From Alphaproteobacteria bacterium (GTDB lineage: Bacteria > Pseudomonadota > Alphaproteobacteria > Bin95): DNA of 64,000 nt. Shown in pieces: positions 9,958 through 19,893 of the stretch (the stretch's first letter is position 1; the number at the start of each line of letters is the position of its first letter). Location of the stretch: NCBI GenBank assembly GCA_965205265.1, contig CBDBGH010000003.1:5056001-5120000 (forward strand), in the 5' to 3' direction. The notes beneath the pieces were generated by a model. The model searched no databases. It was not told the DNA's origin and saw nothing but the letters and a program-made list of their open reading frames with translations. The position numbers and the translations under genes were made by a program.

Positions 9958-10406
9958 CGCGACCGATGAGAACGGGGTGGACCCACGCCCGGACGCGCAC
10001 GATACTGCGCTTCCGGGCCGCGCCTTGCATGGCTCGGGGGGTGCGGCGCCGGTCGTTGCCACCAAGCCAACGGGGCCGGCGCCGCATCGTTCTCAGAAGC
10101 CCCAGTCTACCCCCTGCCGCAGCCCGGGAACGGCCAACCCGGTCGCCAGGACGTCGCCGCCCTCCGGGAGGCGAAAATCTCAACGCGACGGGGGCCGAGG
10201 ACTCCGGTCGGGCTACGCCCTCCTTCCGTCCTCGGCCCCCGTCATAAACCCGGCCGCGCCTGTCTCACGCTGTTTGTCGTGCGCACCACAAAAGCGCGCT
10301 ACGCCAGCAAATATGCGCCCTTTATGATAATCACCGACAGCCGGGGGATGCAGACCGGATCGGACATGTCGGCGTCGGGCATCGGGTTTTCTCCTGTACC
10401 GGAACG

Positions 10407-11144
10407 CTAGGGTTCCGACGTGTCCGGCGCCGGCAATCCAACAAGCCGGAGCGGCGGGTCGTAAACGGTTGTCTCCTCGTAGAACCCCATATGCAGGGTA
10501 GCCTCGTCGGGAGTGATGGTCACCGTGCCGTTGCCGCCCTCGTTGGTCTCCCATCCGCGATAGTGGTGACTGACGGTGCCGGCTGCGAAGCCTACGGCGA
10601 AACGGTCGAAGGAGGTCCCGTCGCCGACATCGAGATGGCGGGCGGTCTCGGGCACGATGTGCCGGAGTTGAATGTTCCCTTCGTCGCTGTAGCCGGAGCA
10701 CTCCAGCTCGACACGTTCGACATTGTTGGCGCGCATCCATGCCTGGACCTTGCGGGTGGCGGGACTGCCCGAGAGGTCATCAGGATCCCGCAGGGCAAGC
10801 TCCTGCTCGTAGCGTCCGAAAGCGAGCGTGGCCTCGTCGGGCCCGATCGAGACGGTCCCGTTGCTGCCCGTGTCGATCTCCCAGCCCCTGCGGTGCTCGT
10901 GGAGCACGTCGTAGCCGACACGACGGGCAAAGTCTGCCAGGGACCTGTCGCCGACTTGCATGTCCAGGGCCTCCGGCGGCGAAACGCTGCGAAGATCCAC
11001 CCGCCCTTCGTCCCCATAACCGTCGAATTCGAGTTCGACGCCCGTGACGGCGTTCTCCTGCATCCACTCCTGCAGCCGAAGCAGTGCGGGGGGCGCCAGC
11101 CCCTCAAGCGTGGGCCCGGGACCGTCGGGAGCGTATCCGGTCAT
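10407..11144 (-). CDS. DUF6878-like tandem two-domain protein
   Basis: LQEWMQENAV..VELEFDGYGDEG...GWEIDTGSNG and second unit ...GYSDEG...GWETNEGGNG. Confidence 0.8.
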   Translation of the reverse strand: MTGYAPDGPGPTLEGLAPPALLRLQEWMQENAVTGVELEFDGYGDEGRVDLRSVSPPEALDMQVGDRSLADFARRVGYDVLHEHRRGWEIDTGSNGTVSIGPDEATLAFGRYEQELALRDPDDLSGSPATRKVQAWMRANNVERVELECSGYSDEGNIQLRHIVPETARHLDVGDGTSFDRFAVGFAAGTVSHHYRGWETNEGGNGTVTITPDEATLHMGFYEETTVYDPPLRLVGLPAPDTSEP

Positions 11145-11161
11145 CGCGATTCCTTCCCGGG

Positions 11162-11914
11162 TCAGGGCGAAGGGGCCTCTCCGGCCGCGGGCGCCGGTTC
11201 GGCTTCGAGACGGATCGGGTCCCGTACCTTGAAGTCCTCGTCATAATAGCCGAGCGAGATTACCGCCGAGCCCGGCTTGACCACGAGGGTGCCGTTACCG
11301 CCGAAATTGTTCTCCCAGCCGGGATAGAGCTTGTCCGCGAGCGTGCAGCCCAGCCGGTCGATGAACGGAGCCAGATTGTCGCCGTCGATCCCCGTGGCCG
11401 GCCAGTCCGGCTGGACATTCGTCACGGTGGCCCGGCCGGTGTCGCCATAGCCGTCGAGCCCGATCTCCACCTCCGGGATGCCGTGCTGCTTCATCCAGCT
11501 CTGCAGAACGGCGAGTTCGGGTGCGAGCGGATTGCCGTGGAGTTCCACCGCCTCGCGCTCCTGCATGAACATGTTCCGTGTGCCGAATTCCAGCTCCGCC
11601 GCGTCGGGCCTGATGACAATGTTGCCGGCACTGCCGTCATTGTCCTCCCACCCGAAGAAATGCCGGTCCAGGATGGCGACCGCCAATTTAGCGACGAAGC
11701 TGTGGAGGTCCTTCCCGGCGATCTGTACGCCCGGGTCCTGCTTCGGATGGATGTCCAGCACTTCGGCGCTGCCATTGTCGGAATAACCGTCGAACGTGAC
11801 TTCGATGATTGTGACGCCGCGCTCCTTCATCCAGTTCTGGAGAACGGCGAGTTCGGCGGACACCTTCAGCGGCTGGAGCGGTTCCGCGGAAGCGCTGGAG
11901 TCTTCTTGGGTCAT
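11162..11914 (-). CDS. DUF6878-like tandem two-domain protein
   Basis: FDGYSDNG...GWEDNDGSAG; LDGYGDTG...GWENNFGGNG; ends EAPSP. Confidence 0.8.
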   Translation of the reverse strand: MTQEDSSASAEPLQPLKVSAELAVLQNWMKERGVTIIEVTFDGYSDNGSAEVLDIHPKQDPGVQIAGKDLHSFVAKLAVAILDRHFFGWEDNDGSAGNIVIRPDAAELEFGTRNMFMQEREAVELHGNPLAPELAVLQSWMKQHGIPEVEIGLDGYGDTGRATVTNVQPDWPATGIDGDNLAPFIDRLGCTLADKLYPGWENNFGGNGTLVVKPGSAVISLGYYDEDFKVRDPIRLEAEPAPAAGEAPSP

Positions 11915-11931
11915 CGGCTGTGTTCCTCGTC

Positions 11932-12660
11932 TCAGGGTGAAGGGGCGGTCTCCGGCTCCGGGGCGGGGACAAGGGCCCGCTCCTCGTAGCGGAACCTTTC
12001 CTCGCGCCGGCCGAATTCGAGCAGGGCGCTCTCCTGGGTGAATTCGATCCCGCCTTCCCCGCCCAGATCGTCCTCCCAGTCGCCGTGCGTCCGGGAAAGG
12101 AGTTCGTCGAGGAAGGTCATGAAATGGTCGAAGTCTTTACCGGCTATTTGGATATTGCGGGCCTCCGGCGGGTCGGTGTCCCGGACCTCCACCACTCCCT
12201 CGTCATTGTAGCCATTGATGGAGACGAGTATGCCGCGGACGCCGTTCTCCTTCATCCACCCGTGAAGGATGGCGACCTCGGGCGCGCCGGTCTCGGCCAG
12301 ATCGACCGGCTCGCCCCATTGGATCTCCTCGCTGCGCTTGCCGAAATTCAGGGACGCCATTCCGGGCTCGATATGGATGCTGCCGGAAGCCCCCTCGTCG
12401 TCTTCCCAGCCGTCCGCAAAGGCATTGAGTATTTCATCGCCGAAATCGACCACCGATTTCTCGAGATCCTGACCGTTGATCCGCAGGGAGCGGGCGTGGC
12501 GCGGGGCGATGTCCGCCATCTCCACTTCGCCTTCATCCCCGTAGCCGTGGAAACCGACAACGATGGTCTCGACGCCGTTCTCCCTCATCCACGCCTGAAG
12601 TGTGGCCAGGGAATGGGGTGCCTCATATGGCGGGGCTGCTGTCTGGGGAGGTTCGTTCAT
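11932..12660 (-). CDS. DUF6878-like tandem two-domain protein
   Basis: FHGYGDEG...GWEDDEGASG; INGYNDEG...DWEDDLGGEG; start MNEPPQ; ends ETAPSP. Confidence 0.8.
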   Translation of the reverse strand: MNEPPQTAAPPYEAPHSLATLQAWMRENGVETIVVGFHGYGDEGEVEMADIAPRHARSLRINGQDLEKSVVDFGDEILNAFADGWEDDEGASGSIHIEPGMASLNFGKRSEEIQWGEPVDLAETGAPEVAILHGWMKENGVRGILVSINGYNDEGVVEVRDTDPPEARNIQIAGKDFDHFMTFLDELLSRTHGDWEDDLGGEGGIEFTQESALLEFGRREERFRYEERALVPAPEPETAPSP

Positions 12661-12697
12661 CGGTCCGGTCTCCTTGTCACGGCGATAGGGTGGCCTG

Positions 12698-13099
12698 TCA
12701 GGGCCCTGGTTGGACCTCTTCGGCCCGCTCCTTCGGGCCGCCGACAACCAGGTCGGGTTGAGCGACCAGCTCGCGCCAGCCGAATTCGATACGCGCGCCG
12801 TCGGGCGTGAACTCGATGGCCCCGCCGCTGCCGTCATTGTCCTGCCAGCCGGAGTAGAATTCGGCGAGCATGTCGCTTGCGAGACCGCATACGAACTCTT
12901 CAAGTTCCCGGCCGCTTATGGACCGTTCGAAGGCGTCCTCCGGCTCGCTCTCCACGCCGTAGACCGACCCCTCGTCCCCGAAGCCGTTGAAGGCGACGCC
13001 GAGCGAGGAGACATTCTGCTCGCGCATCCAGGCGCGCAGCGTGTCGAGATCCCCGAAATTGCCGGGGACAGGCTCGGTCGGACGGGCGGAATCGCTCAT
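12698..13099 (-). CDS. DUF6878-like single-domain protein
   Basis: LRAWMREQNV..FNGFGDEG...GWQDNDGSGG; start MSDSAR with AAGGGGAG RBS. Confidence 0.8.
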   Translation of the reverse strand: MSDSARPTEPVPGNFGDLDTLRAWMREQNVSSLGVAFNGFGDEGSVYGVESEPEDAFERSISGRELEEFVCGLASDMLAEFYSGWQDNDGSGGAIEFTPDGARIEFGWRELVAQPDLVVGGPKERAEEVQPGP

Positions 13100-13113
13100 T
13101 GCGTTGCTCCCCT

Positions 13114-13914
13114 TCAGGGCTGCGGCAGGCCCGCCGGGGTAGCGGGCCCGGCCTCCTCGCGGGGGTCGGGATCGAAGGTTAGCCAGAAGGTGTCGCCGTC
13201 GATATGGACCCGGGCCTCGCGGTCCGCGTCGAACCATCGGGGATGTTCAACCAGCAGAAGGTCCAGGGAAAGCTCCTTAAGGAGCTGGCCCAGTTCCCGG
13301 TCCGAGGTCTTCCACGGTCTGGTCGACCACGTTCCGTCGTCCGGGTCTCGGGACAGGTGCCGGATGCCGTCGAGCGCCGGGGCCGGATGCCTCAGCTTCT
13401 CCGGATGCCGGTCCACGACGATTTCATCGAGCCGCAGTTTGCCGTTTGTGGATTCGAACCTCACTTCGATCCCTCCCAGCTCGTGCCGGCGCAGGGTTGC
13501 GAGCAATTGCTCGAGGTTCCCGGTGGCCAGGTCGCCGGCCATGCGCAGATGGCTGGTCGTCATGTCGAGATCGGTCGAGATGAAGGGAAGATAGGCGAAA
13601 CTGGCCGCCAGCGGGCTGTTATGCCCGAAATAGGACATGAACGCCCCGTGCATGGCTTTCCTCACCTCGGGGGTGTAGCGGTGCAGGGGCAGAGTGCTCC
13701 AGGTCTTCAGCAGGAAGGCCTGCTGACCGGAGGTCCGGACATGAACCCCCGGACCGTCATAGGCGTCATCCTCATAGGCGATACGCACCAATTCGCAGGC
13801 CGGGCCCCGGCTGTCCGGATCGGGGTCGGCCGTCCGGCGCGCGAATTGCCGGAGGAACTCGATATCGCGGGCGGCCTTGCGCCCCGTGACGGTGTTCAGC
13901 AGCTTCTCCATCAT
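13114..13914 (-). CDS. protein with divergent DUF6878-like C-terminal domain; N-terminus shared with 13911-14765
   Basis: DIEFLRQ...LVRIAY N-terminus; NLEQLLATLRRHELGGIEVRF...EHPRWF C-terminus. Confidence 0.6.
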   Translation of the reverse strand: MMEKLLNTVTGRKAARDIEFLRQFARRTADPDPDSRGPACELVRIAYEDDAYDGPGVHVRTSGQQAFLLKTWSTLPLHRYTPEVRKAMHGAFMSYFGHNSPLAASFAYLPFISTDLDMTTSHLRMAGDLATGNLEQLLATLRRHELGGIEVRFESTNGKLRLDEIVVDRHPEKLRHPAPALDGIRHLSRDPDDGTWSTRPWKTSDRELGQLLKELSLDLLLVEHPRWFDADREARVHIDGDTFWLTFDPDPREEAGPATPAGLPQP

Positions 13915-14765
13915 GGCGAGGGGCCGTCCTCGTCATGCACGCTGCCAGGTTCGCGTTCCGGTTCGAAGACCAGCGGTCTGAAGCTGATCGAGACAATGGC
14001 GGTGCGGGGGTCGCCTGCACTGTCGCCCAGGCCGGAGAGCACGATGGAGCAGTCGGCGTCCGTGCCGAACAGTTCGGGGTGCTCGAGGCAGACCGTGTCG
14101 ACCGCAACGCGGAACAGCATGTCCCAGTAGTCCGCTTCCGGCTCGTTCCATGGCATGGCGGACAGGGTGCCGTCGGGCTGCATGACCGGCTGCTCGAGCC
14201 CGTCGGGCGGGGGTTGGGCGGAATCGATTTCCGTGTCCCTGGGAACGTGGTCGATGCGGTTTACCCAGAGGTCCCCGCCAACGGACGAGAAGTCGATGCG
14301 GAAATGAACGACATTCTCGCGGAGGCCGGGCAAAAGGCGCTCCAGGTTGCGCTCCGCGACGGCCTTCAGGACTCCGGGCAACGCTTCCCGTTCTCCGGGC
14401 TCCATAATGCGGACCAGATCCTGCGTCGGCGACGGGAAGAACCCGTAGCCCGCCTGGGCCAGATGGTTTCTGGCGGCGCCGACGGCGTCGCGGACGGCCG
14501 GTGTCTGCCTGTGCGGCGGCATCCGGCGCCAGACATGCAGGCAGGCGGCGAACTCGTGCGGGTCGCGCGGCTCGATGCCGGGGTCGGCACGGTTCCCGCG
14601 TCCATAGGCAAGGCGCACGAGCCGGGCCGGAGCGTCGTAACCGGCGATGTCCAGGTCGTCGAAGCCGTCGGGAAAGTCCTCCCGGAATCCCTGCTCCAGC
14701 AGGAACTCGACATCCTCCGTCAGCTGCTCGCGCGACGCGCCGGATATGGAGGCGGGGAGGGCCAT
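13911..14765 (-). CDS. paralog of 13114-13914, divergent DUF6878-like C-terminus
   Basis: DVEFLLEQ...LVRLAY; NLERLLPGLREN...EHPELF; ATGA overlap; ends DGPSP. Confidence 0.6.
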   Translation of the reverse strand: MALPASISGASREQLTEDVEFLLEQGFREDFPDGFDDLDIAGYDAPARLVRLAYGRGNRADPGIEPRDPHEFAACLHVWRRMPPHRQTPAVRDAVGAARNHLAQAGYGFFPSPTQDLVRIMEPGEREALPGVLKAVAERNLERLLPGLRENVVHFRIDFSSVGGDLWVNRIDHVPRDTEIDSAQPPPDGLEQPVMQPDGTLSAMPWNEPEADYWDMLFRVAVDTVCLEHPELFGTDADCSIVLSGLGDSAGDPRTAIVSISFRPLVFEPEREPGSVHDEDGPSP

Positions 14766-15556
14766 CAGGGGGCCGGGGCCTCCGGCCTGTCGTCGAGCGG
14801 TGCCGGTTCGGCATAGACGATGGAACCGGCATAATCGGGATGCACGAGCCTTTGTTCCCGGATGCCGAGATCCAGATTGGCCTCGCCGCCTTCCACCATG
14901 ACGGTGGCGCGGCCGCCCGGTCCGTTGCTCCAGTCATCATTGGCGCGGTCAGCGATGTCCCGGGCAAGCATCTTCATGGCGGCCGCGAATGCGAGCGGCC
15001 CGGCCGGTTCGCGTATCCATGTGTCGTCGGGACCGCGGACGACAGCCTGAAAGCCGTCGACTACCGTGATGCTCCCGTCGGCCGAATCCGGCGAGACCGC
15101 GATGTCCTCAAGAGTGGCATGGCCGTCCCTGCCGTTGAGCGTCACCGCGATTTCACCGATGTCCTGCCCCTCCATGAGAGAAGAGAGGATTGCCAGGTTG
15201 TGGCCGTTGGCGACCGCGAGCGCTTCGACCCTTGTCCGGGCATCCACGGGATCCCGGAAGAGATCTTCTCCGGTTCGCAGACCGAGAAGGCGCCTGGCGT
15301 CCGGCCCGGCCCGGCCAGGGTGGATCCTCAGCTCGGAAGCCGGCTGGCCGGGGGCGTCGTAGAAGGCGTGGCCGATCTCGACGGCGCCGGCGATACGGTC
15401 GGACATATCGTCCGGTTCCGCGGGTCTCCAGGCAACGCCCATCGAGAGCAGCTGCATGGCCTGGTTGGCAGCGTCGCCCACCTCCCAGAAACGGCCTCCG
15501 TCCTCAAGCCAGACGGTGCCGTCGGTCCGGTTTTCGTAGAGTCTGCGTTCGCCCAT
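14765..15556 (-). CDS. two-module protein: RRLYE N-terminal domain plus DUF6878-like domain
   Basis: RRLYENRTDGTVWLEDGG; HNLAILSSLMEGQDIGEIAVTLNG...DDWSNGPGG. Confidence 0.6.
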   Translation of the reverse strand: MGERRLYENRTDGTVWLEDGGRFWEVGDAANQAMQLLSMGVAWRPAEPDDMSDRIAGAVEIGHAFYDAPGQPASELRIHPGRAGPDARRLLGLRTGEDLFRDPVDARTRVEALAVANGHNLAILSSLMEGQDIGEIAVTLNGRDGHATLEDIAVSPDSADGSITVVDGFQAVVRGPDDTWIREPAGPLAFAAAMKMLARDIADRANDDWSNGPGGRATVMVEGGEANLDLGIREQRLVHPDYAGSIVYAEPAPLDDRPEAPAP

Positions 15557-15655
15557 GGAACGATTCTCCCCTGGCCGCTGCCCGCGCACGGGGAAGAGTA
15601 ATCCCGGACCGTGAAAACTCACACAGGGCCGCAGGCGCCATGCGGCCGGTCCGCG

Positions 15656-16465
15656 TCAGGGGGACGGGCTGTCCGCCGGTTCGTCCGCCGGCAACTTCCG
15701 GTGTGCGCCGGAAAAGGTCGTGCCGACCTGGGCCGTTTCGACCTGCCTCATGCTGACGGACAGATGCGCCTCTCCCTCGGAAAAGGTGATGACGCCGACG
15801 CTTCCAAGCTCGTCGTTCCAGTCGCTGTCGAAGAGATCGAGCATATCGAACGAGAGACGGCCGAGCGCCGCCTCAACGGTGCAGGACGGGGCCGCCCGGC
15901 GCGTCCACATGCGGGCATCGTCCGGAACGACCTCCTGAAGGCCGCGCAGGCGGGTTCCGAGGAGGTCGTAGGCAGCGGCGTCGGGATTGCCGGTGATCGA
16001 AACGACCTGGCCGGCCCGGTCGCGGCCGCGGAATTCCACGGAGATGCTGTGGACCCCGCCTTTTTCCATGCGGGACAGGATCTGGTGGAGATTGTGTTCG
16101 GTGGCCCTGTTGCGTTCGTCGAAATGTCGCCGCCAGGATCCCTTCGGGGGCTCCGGGTCATGTGTGACCTCCGTCCCGAAACCGAAAGCCCGATGCCCGG
16201 CCGGCCCCATGCGATCGAAATGGACCTGGAGATGGTCGGCATTGCGGTTCGGCGGCGTGAATTCGGAAAAGGCGATGACCGTGGCGCGGTCGAGCGCTTT
16301 GTGCGTGATGCCCCGCGCCGGGGGATAACGGTCTTCCCGGTCGACGCCGTGAAAGAGCGCAGCGCTGGCTGTGTTCATGCCGCCGGTGAGATTCCACACC
16401 TTCCCGGCGTCGTCCAGGAGCCACAATTGCTGGTCGTCGGTTTCGTAGAGTCTGCGCAACGCCAT
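15656..16465 (-). CDS. paralog of 14765-15556 (RRLYE domain plus DUF6878-like domain)
   Basis: RRLYETDDQQLWLLDDAG; HNLHQILSRMEKGGVHSISVEFRG...SDWNDELGS; RBS GGAGG; ends DSPSP. Confidence 0.65.
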   Translation of the reverse strand: MALRRLYETDDQQLWLLDDAGKVWNLTGGMNTASAALFHGVDREDRYPPARGITHKALDRATVIAFSEFTPPNRNADHLQVHFDRMGPAGHRAFGFGTEVTHDPEPPKGSWRRHFDERNRATEHNLHQILSRMEKGGVHSISVEFRGRDRAGQVVSITGNPDAAAYDLLGTRLRGLQEVVPDDARMWTRRAAPSCTVEAALGRLSFDMLDLFDSDWNDELGSVGVITFSEGEAHLSVSMRQVETAQVGTTFSGAHRKLPADEPADSPSP

Positions 16466-16622
16466 GACTGCCGTTCCTCCTGTGCCCGCGAATCAGGTGG
16501 GGTAAGATATAGGCGACATTCCTGAAAGAGCCGAATGCGGCGCGCCCCTGCGGGCGCGTTTCCGGAACAGGAAAAGACCGCCCGGCGCGGTGTCGGCGGC
16601 GGATTTGGAAAGGAAGGGGCCT

Positions 16623-17087
16623 GTGACCAAGGTCGAGATCTTCACGGACGGTTCCTGCCTCGGCAATCCCGGTCCCGGCGGCTGGGCCGCCCTTCTGCGT
16701 GTTGGCGGGAAGGAGAAGGAACTCCTCGGCGGCGAGGCCGCCACCACCAACAACCGCATGGAACTGATGGCGGTCATCGCCGCGCTCGAGGCGTTGAAGC
16801 GCCCGTGCGAGGCGGAGCTGTTTTCCGACAGCCGCTATGTGCTCGACGGCATCACGAAATGGATGGCGAACTGGCGCCGCCGGAACTGGAGGACGGCCTC
16901 GGGAGATCCGGTGAAGAACCGGGACCTGTGGCAGCGTCTGGACCGTGCTGCCGGTCCGCACCGGATCGGATGGAACTGGGTCCGCGGCCATGACGGACAT
17001 CCCGAGAATGAACGCGTCGACGGGCTTGCCAATGCCGAGGCCGCCCGTCAGGCGGAGAAGCGCGCCCCGGCGGCGCCCGCTCTCTAG
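16623..17087 (+). CDS. rnhA: ribonuclease HI
   Basis: [52 protein letters not shown]; GTG start. Confidence 0.96.
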   Translation: MTKVEIFTDGSCLGNPGPGGWAALLRVGGKEKELLGGEAATTNNRMELMAVIAALEALKRPCEAELFSDSRYVLDGITKWMANWRRRNWRTASGDPVKNRDLWQRLDRAAGPHRIGWNWVRGHDGHPENERVDGLANAEAARQAEKRAPAAPAL

Positions 17088-17092
17088 CATTG

Positions 17093-17129
17093 CAATCCGA
17101 TTGACATGGCAATCGGGCAAGCATAGACA
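17093..17129 (+). promoter_or_regulatory. operator copy 2 overlapping a sigma70-like promoter
   Basis: CAATCCGATTG-acatgg-CAATCGGGCAA; TTGACA 17101-17106, N17, TAGACA. Confidence 0.6.
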
Positions 17130-17191
17130 CGGCAATATCGGGAAAGACCATGCCCGGGAGTCGCCCCGGTTGTCCGGGAAGGGGGAGGCGG

Positions 17192-18052
17192 ATGGAAGAA
17201 TACACCCAGGCCGAAGCCCATATCGTCCGTCTCTGCGGAACAGAGGGGCTTCCGGGCATACAGGCAGCCGGCCGCGACTGGTCGTGGCTGCAGGACGGCG
17301 AGGGCAACCGGGCGGAAGGTTTGCCCGAGCCGGAAGAGCAATACGGGTTCCGGCGATATGAATGGCCGGACGGCTCCGCCATCGTCACGTCGGGGAAGGA
17401 GTGGTTCTTCGGTTTCCACCGCTCCTGGATGGGCTATGACGAGGTCCGGTTCGGCGTCGCCGATTCGGGCGAGAACATTCCCGCGGAATTCACCAATCCG
17501 GCCACGCTCGGTATGGAGGACATGATTCGTCCGCGGGGCGGCCCGGGCCCGTCGGGCACCGCCCGACGGGAACCGGACCCGGGCGGAGGCGGCCAGGAAA
17601 GCGGCGCGGCGGCGCCGGAAACGGCAGGCGTGCCGGTGGAGGCCCCCGGGGCGGGCCGTGGAGCGTCGGAGGACGAGTCCCGGACCGGGTCCCCCGGATC
17701 CGATCGGGGGCAGGCCGGGGCAGGCCCTGAAACCCGCGAGGGCGAGCCTCTTGACGAAGTCATGGGCAGCTTTGAGGAACGGACCCCGAAGCCGGACGAT
17801 CCACCGGACGCCGCGATGGGGGCAGGTGGGGAACAGGACTCTTCGGCAGCCCGGCGCCTCCCTGCGGGGGACGGAGCGGAGAGCCCGCCCGGATTGCCGG
17901 AAATACTGACCGACCGGGACCGCCTGATCTATGTCGCCCTCGAATTCGGGCGTCTCTGGGAAGCGGCGCAGCGCGAGGACGACCCCGCTGTGCGTCTGCG
18001 GGCCGCACGGCTTCGTTCCATCCTGGACTATGGCGAAGGCCGGGACGGCTGA
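17192..18052 (+). CDS. hypothetical protein with long acidic low-complexity linker
   Basis: GGAGG RBS before MEEYTQ; downstream of the promoter at 17101. Confidence 0.6.
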   Translation: MEEYTQAEAHIVRLCGTEGLPGIQAAGRDWSWLQDGEGNRAEGLPEPEEQYGFRRYEWPDGSAIVTSGKEWFFGFHRSWMGYDEVRFGVADSGENIPAEFTNPATLGMEDMIRPRGGPGPSGTARREPDPGGGGQESGAAAPETAGVPVEAPGAGRGASEDESRTGSPGSDRGQAGAGPETREGEPLDEVMGSFEERTPKPDDPPDAAMGAGGEQDSSAARRLPAGDGAESPPGLPEILTDRDRLIYVALEFGRLWEAAQREDDPAVRLRAARLRSILDYGEGRDG

Positions 18053-18123
18053 CGCTTCCGCCACCCGGACGCAAGCCGGTCCGGGACGATATCTGCTGAC
18101 GACCCGGTATCCATGCCAACGGG

Positions 18124-19893
18124 CTATCCGGCCAGAGCGGCATCCGAAAGGACAAGCTGGACAGACTCCTGGCCGCGCCAGTCGTCGGCGCGGAGCGTGC
18201 CCGCGACGTGCAGGGGCCCGCCACCGGTATTGAGCAGCGCCTGGCCGAGCGGCGTTTCGGCGGAACGGAAAGCGATGGCCGCGAGCCGCCCGGGGCCGGC
18301 GTCGGCGAAATCGGCCCGGATGTGATTCTTGCCGACGATGCGGGCGTAGCGCACGCGCAGGTCCGGGAAGGCGAACACCGGTTCCGGATTGCCTCGTCCG
18401 AAGGGCTGAGCCGCCTCGATGTCGCGGAGGAGGGCGCGCGACGCTCCCGCAACCGACAGGCCCGCGTCGATATCGAGAGGAGGCGTATGGCCGCCCGCAG
18501 GGACCAGCGGTCCGAGGCGCTCTGCAAGGAAGGCCTCGAACGCCGCCCGTTTCCCGGCTTCCAATGTGAATCCCGCCGCCATGTCGTGGCCGCCGCCCGC
18601 CTCGAGCAGGCCGGCATTGCGGGCCTCGAGAATTGCGGGACCGATCGGCACGCCGGGGATCGACCGGGCGGAGCCGCGCACCTGTCCGCTGTCGACGGCG
18701 CCGACGAAGGCCGGACGCCGGTACCGGTCCACCAGGCGGCTCGCGACGATGCCGACAACCCCCGGATGCCAGCCTTCGCCGAACGCGAAGACAAGGGGGG
18801 CGTCATCTGCCGGCGAACAGGCAAGGGCGCTGCCGAGCACGTCGGCCTCCACCTGCCGGCGCGCGCTGTTGAGGCGGCTCAGAATGTCGGCGATGCTGAT
18901 TGCCTCCTCCGTGTTCTCGGTGGCAAGCAGTCGTGCCCCCAGGCCGGAGTCGCCTATACGTCCGCCGGCATTGATGCGCGGACCGAGAAGAAAGCCCAGA
19001 TGATAGGCGGTAGGCCGCCCCTCGACGCCGGCGGCGGCGAGCAGGGCGGTGATGCCGGGATTGCCTCGCCGGTCCATCACGTCCAGGCCACGGGCCACGA
19101 GGACGCGGTTGAGTCCGTTCAGCTCCATCACGTCGGCGACCGTGCCGAGCGCCACAAGATCCAGCCAGACGCGCGGGTCCGGTTCCGGGCGGCGGGCATC
19201 GAAGTGGCCGCGCCTGCGGAGCACCCGGTTGGCGGCGACGACGAGCAGAAAGGCAACCCCGACCGCCGCGAGACCGCCGAGGGCGCCGGTCTCGTCCTCG
19301 CGGTTGGGGTTTACGAGCGCCAGAGTGCGGGGCAGGCGGGCCTTGGGCAGGTGATGATCGACCACGATGCAGTCGAGCCCCAGACCGGCGGCATGCTCCA
19401 GCGGTTCCAGAGCCGTTGTGCCGCAATCGACGAGAACCACCAGCCGGTGACCTTCAGCGGCAAGGCGGTCGAGAGCCGTCTCGTTCGGACCGTAGCCTTC
19501 GGTCATCCGGTCCGGAACATAGAGCCGGACATTGCCGCCGACGGCCCGCAGGAAGCGCGCCAGCAGGGCGCCCGAAGTGGCGCCGTCCACATCGTAGTCG
19601 GCGAATACGGCGATGGTCTCGCCGCCCTGCGCGGCGTCGGCGATGCGTTCCGCGGCGGTGTCCATCTCCTTCAGGGAGGAGGGGTCGGGCAGCGACGTCT
19701 TGAGCCGGGGCTTGAGGAAGCCCGCCACGGTGTCCGGAGTCACGCCGCGGTTGGCGAGCACGCGCGCCGTTATCTGCGGGAGTCCCTCGGCGCGGGCGAT
19801 CGCGGCGGCGGCGCGTGCGTCCCCCGGGCGCTCGCGCCAGACGCGGCCCGAGAGCGAGCGCGAGACGCCGAGAAAAGGGGAGGAGGCGTTCAT
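18124..19893 (-). CDS. recJ: single-stranded-DNA exonuclease RecJ
   Basis: ADYDVDGATS, VDCG, DHH, GTVADV, GPRINAGGR, GSARS, GGHDMAAG. Confidence 0.96.
   Translation of the reverse strand: MNASSPFLGVSRSLSGRVWRERPGDARAAAAIARAEGLPQITARVLANRGVTPDTVAGFLKPRLKTSLPDPSSLKEMDTAAERIADAAQGGETIAVFADYDVDGATSGALLARFLRAVGGNVRLYVPDRMTEGYGPNETALDRLAAEGHRLVVLVDCGTTALEPLEHAAGLGLDCIVVDHHLPKARLPRTLALVNPNREDETGALGGLAAVGVAFLLVVAANRVLRRRGHFDARRPEPDPRVWLDLVALGTVADVMELNGLNRVLVARGLDVMDRRGNPGITALLAAAGVEGRPTAYHLGFLLGPRINAGGRIGDSGLGARLLATENTEEAISIADILSRLNSARRQVEADVLGSALACSPADDAPLVFAFGEGWHPGVVGIVASRLVDRYRRPAFVGAVDSGQVRGSARSIPGVPIGPAILEARNAGLLEAGGGHDMAAGFTLEAGKRAAFEAFLAERLGPLVPAGGHTPPLDIDAGLSVAGASRALLRDIEAAQPFGRGNPEPVFAFPDLRVRYARIVGKNHIRADFADAGPGRLAAIAFRSAETPLGQALLNTGGGPLHVAGTLRADDWRGQESVQLVLSDAALAG

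Larger units (their letters stand above)
6254..10339 (-). mobile_element. IS21-family element copy A (4086 bp) with two extra ORFs
   Basis: TG...CA ends with imperfect IRs (TGTTAGCGACGGTTAGGAAGGGCGTTTATTTGCTGGCG / TGTCGGTGATTATCATAAAGGGCGCATATTTGCTGGCG); 5-bp target duplication GCCGG at 6249-6253 and 10340-10344; istA/istB inside. Confidence 0.93.
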
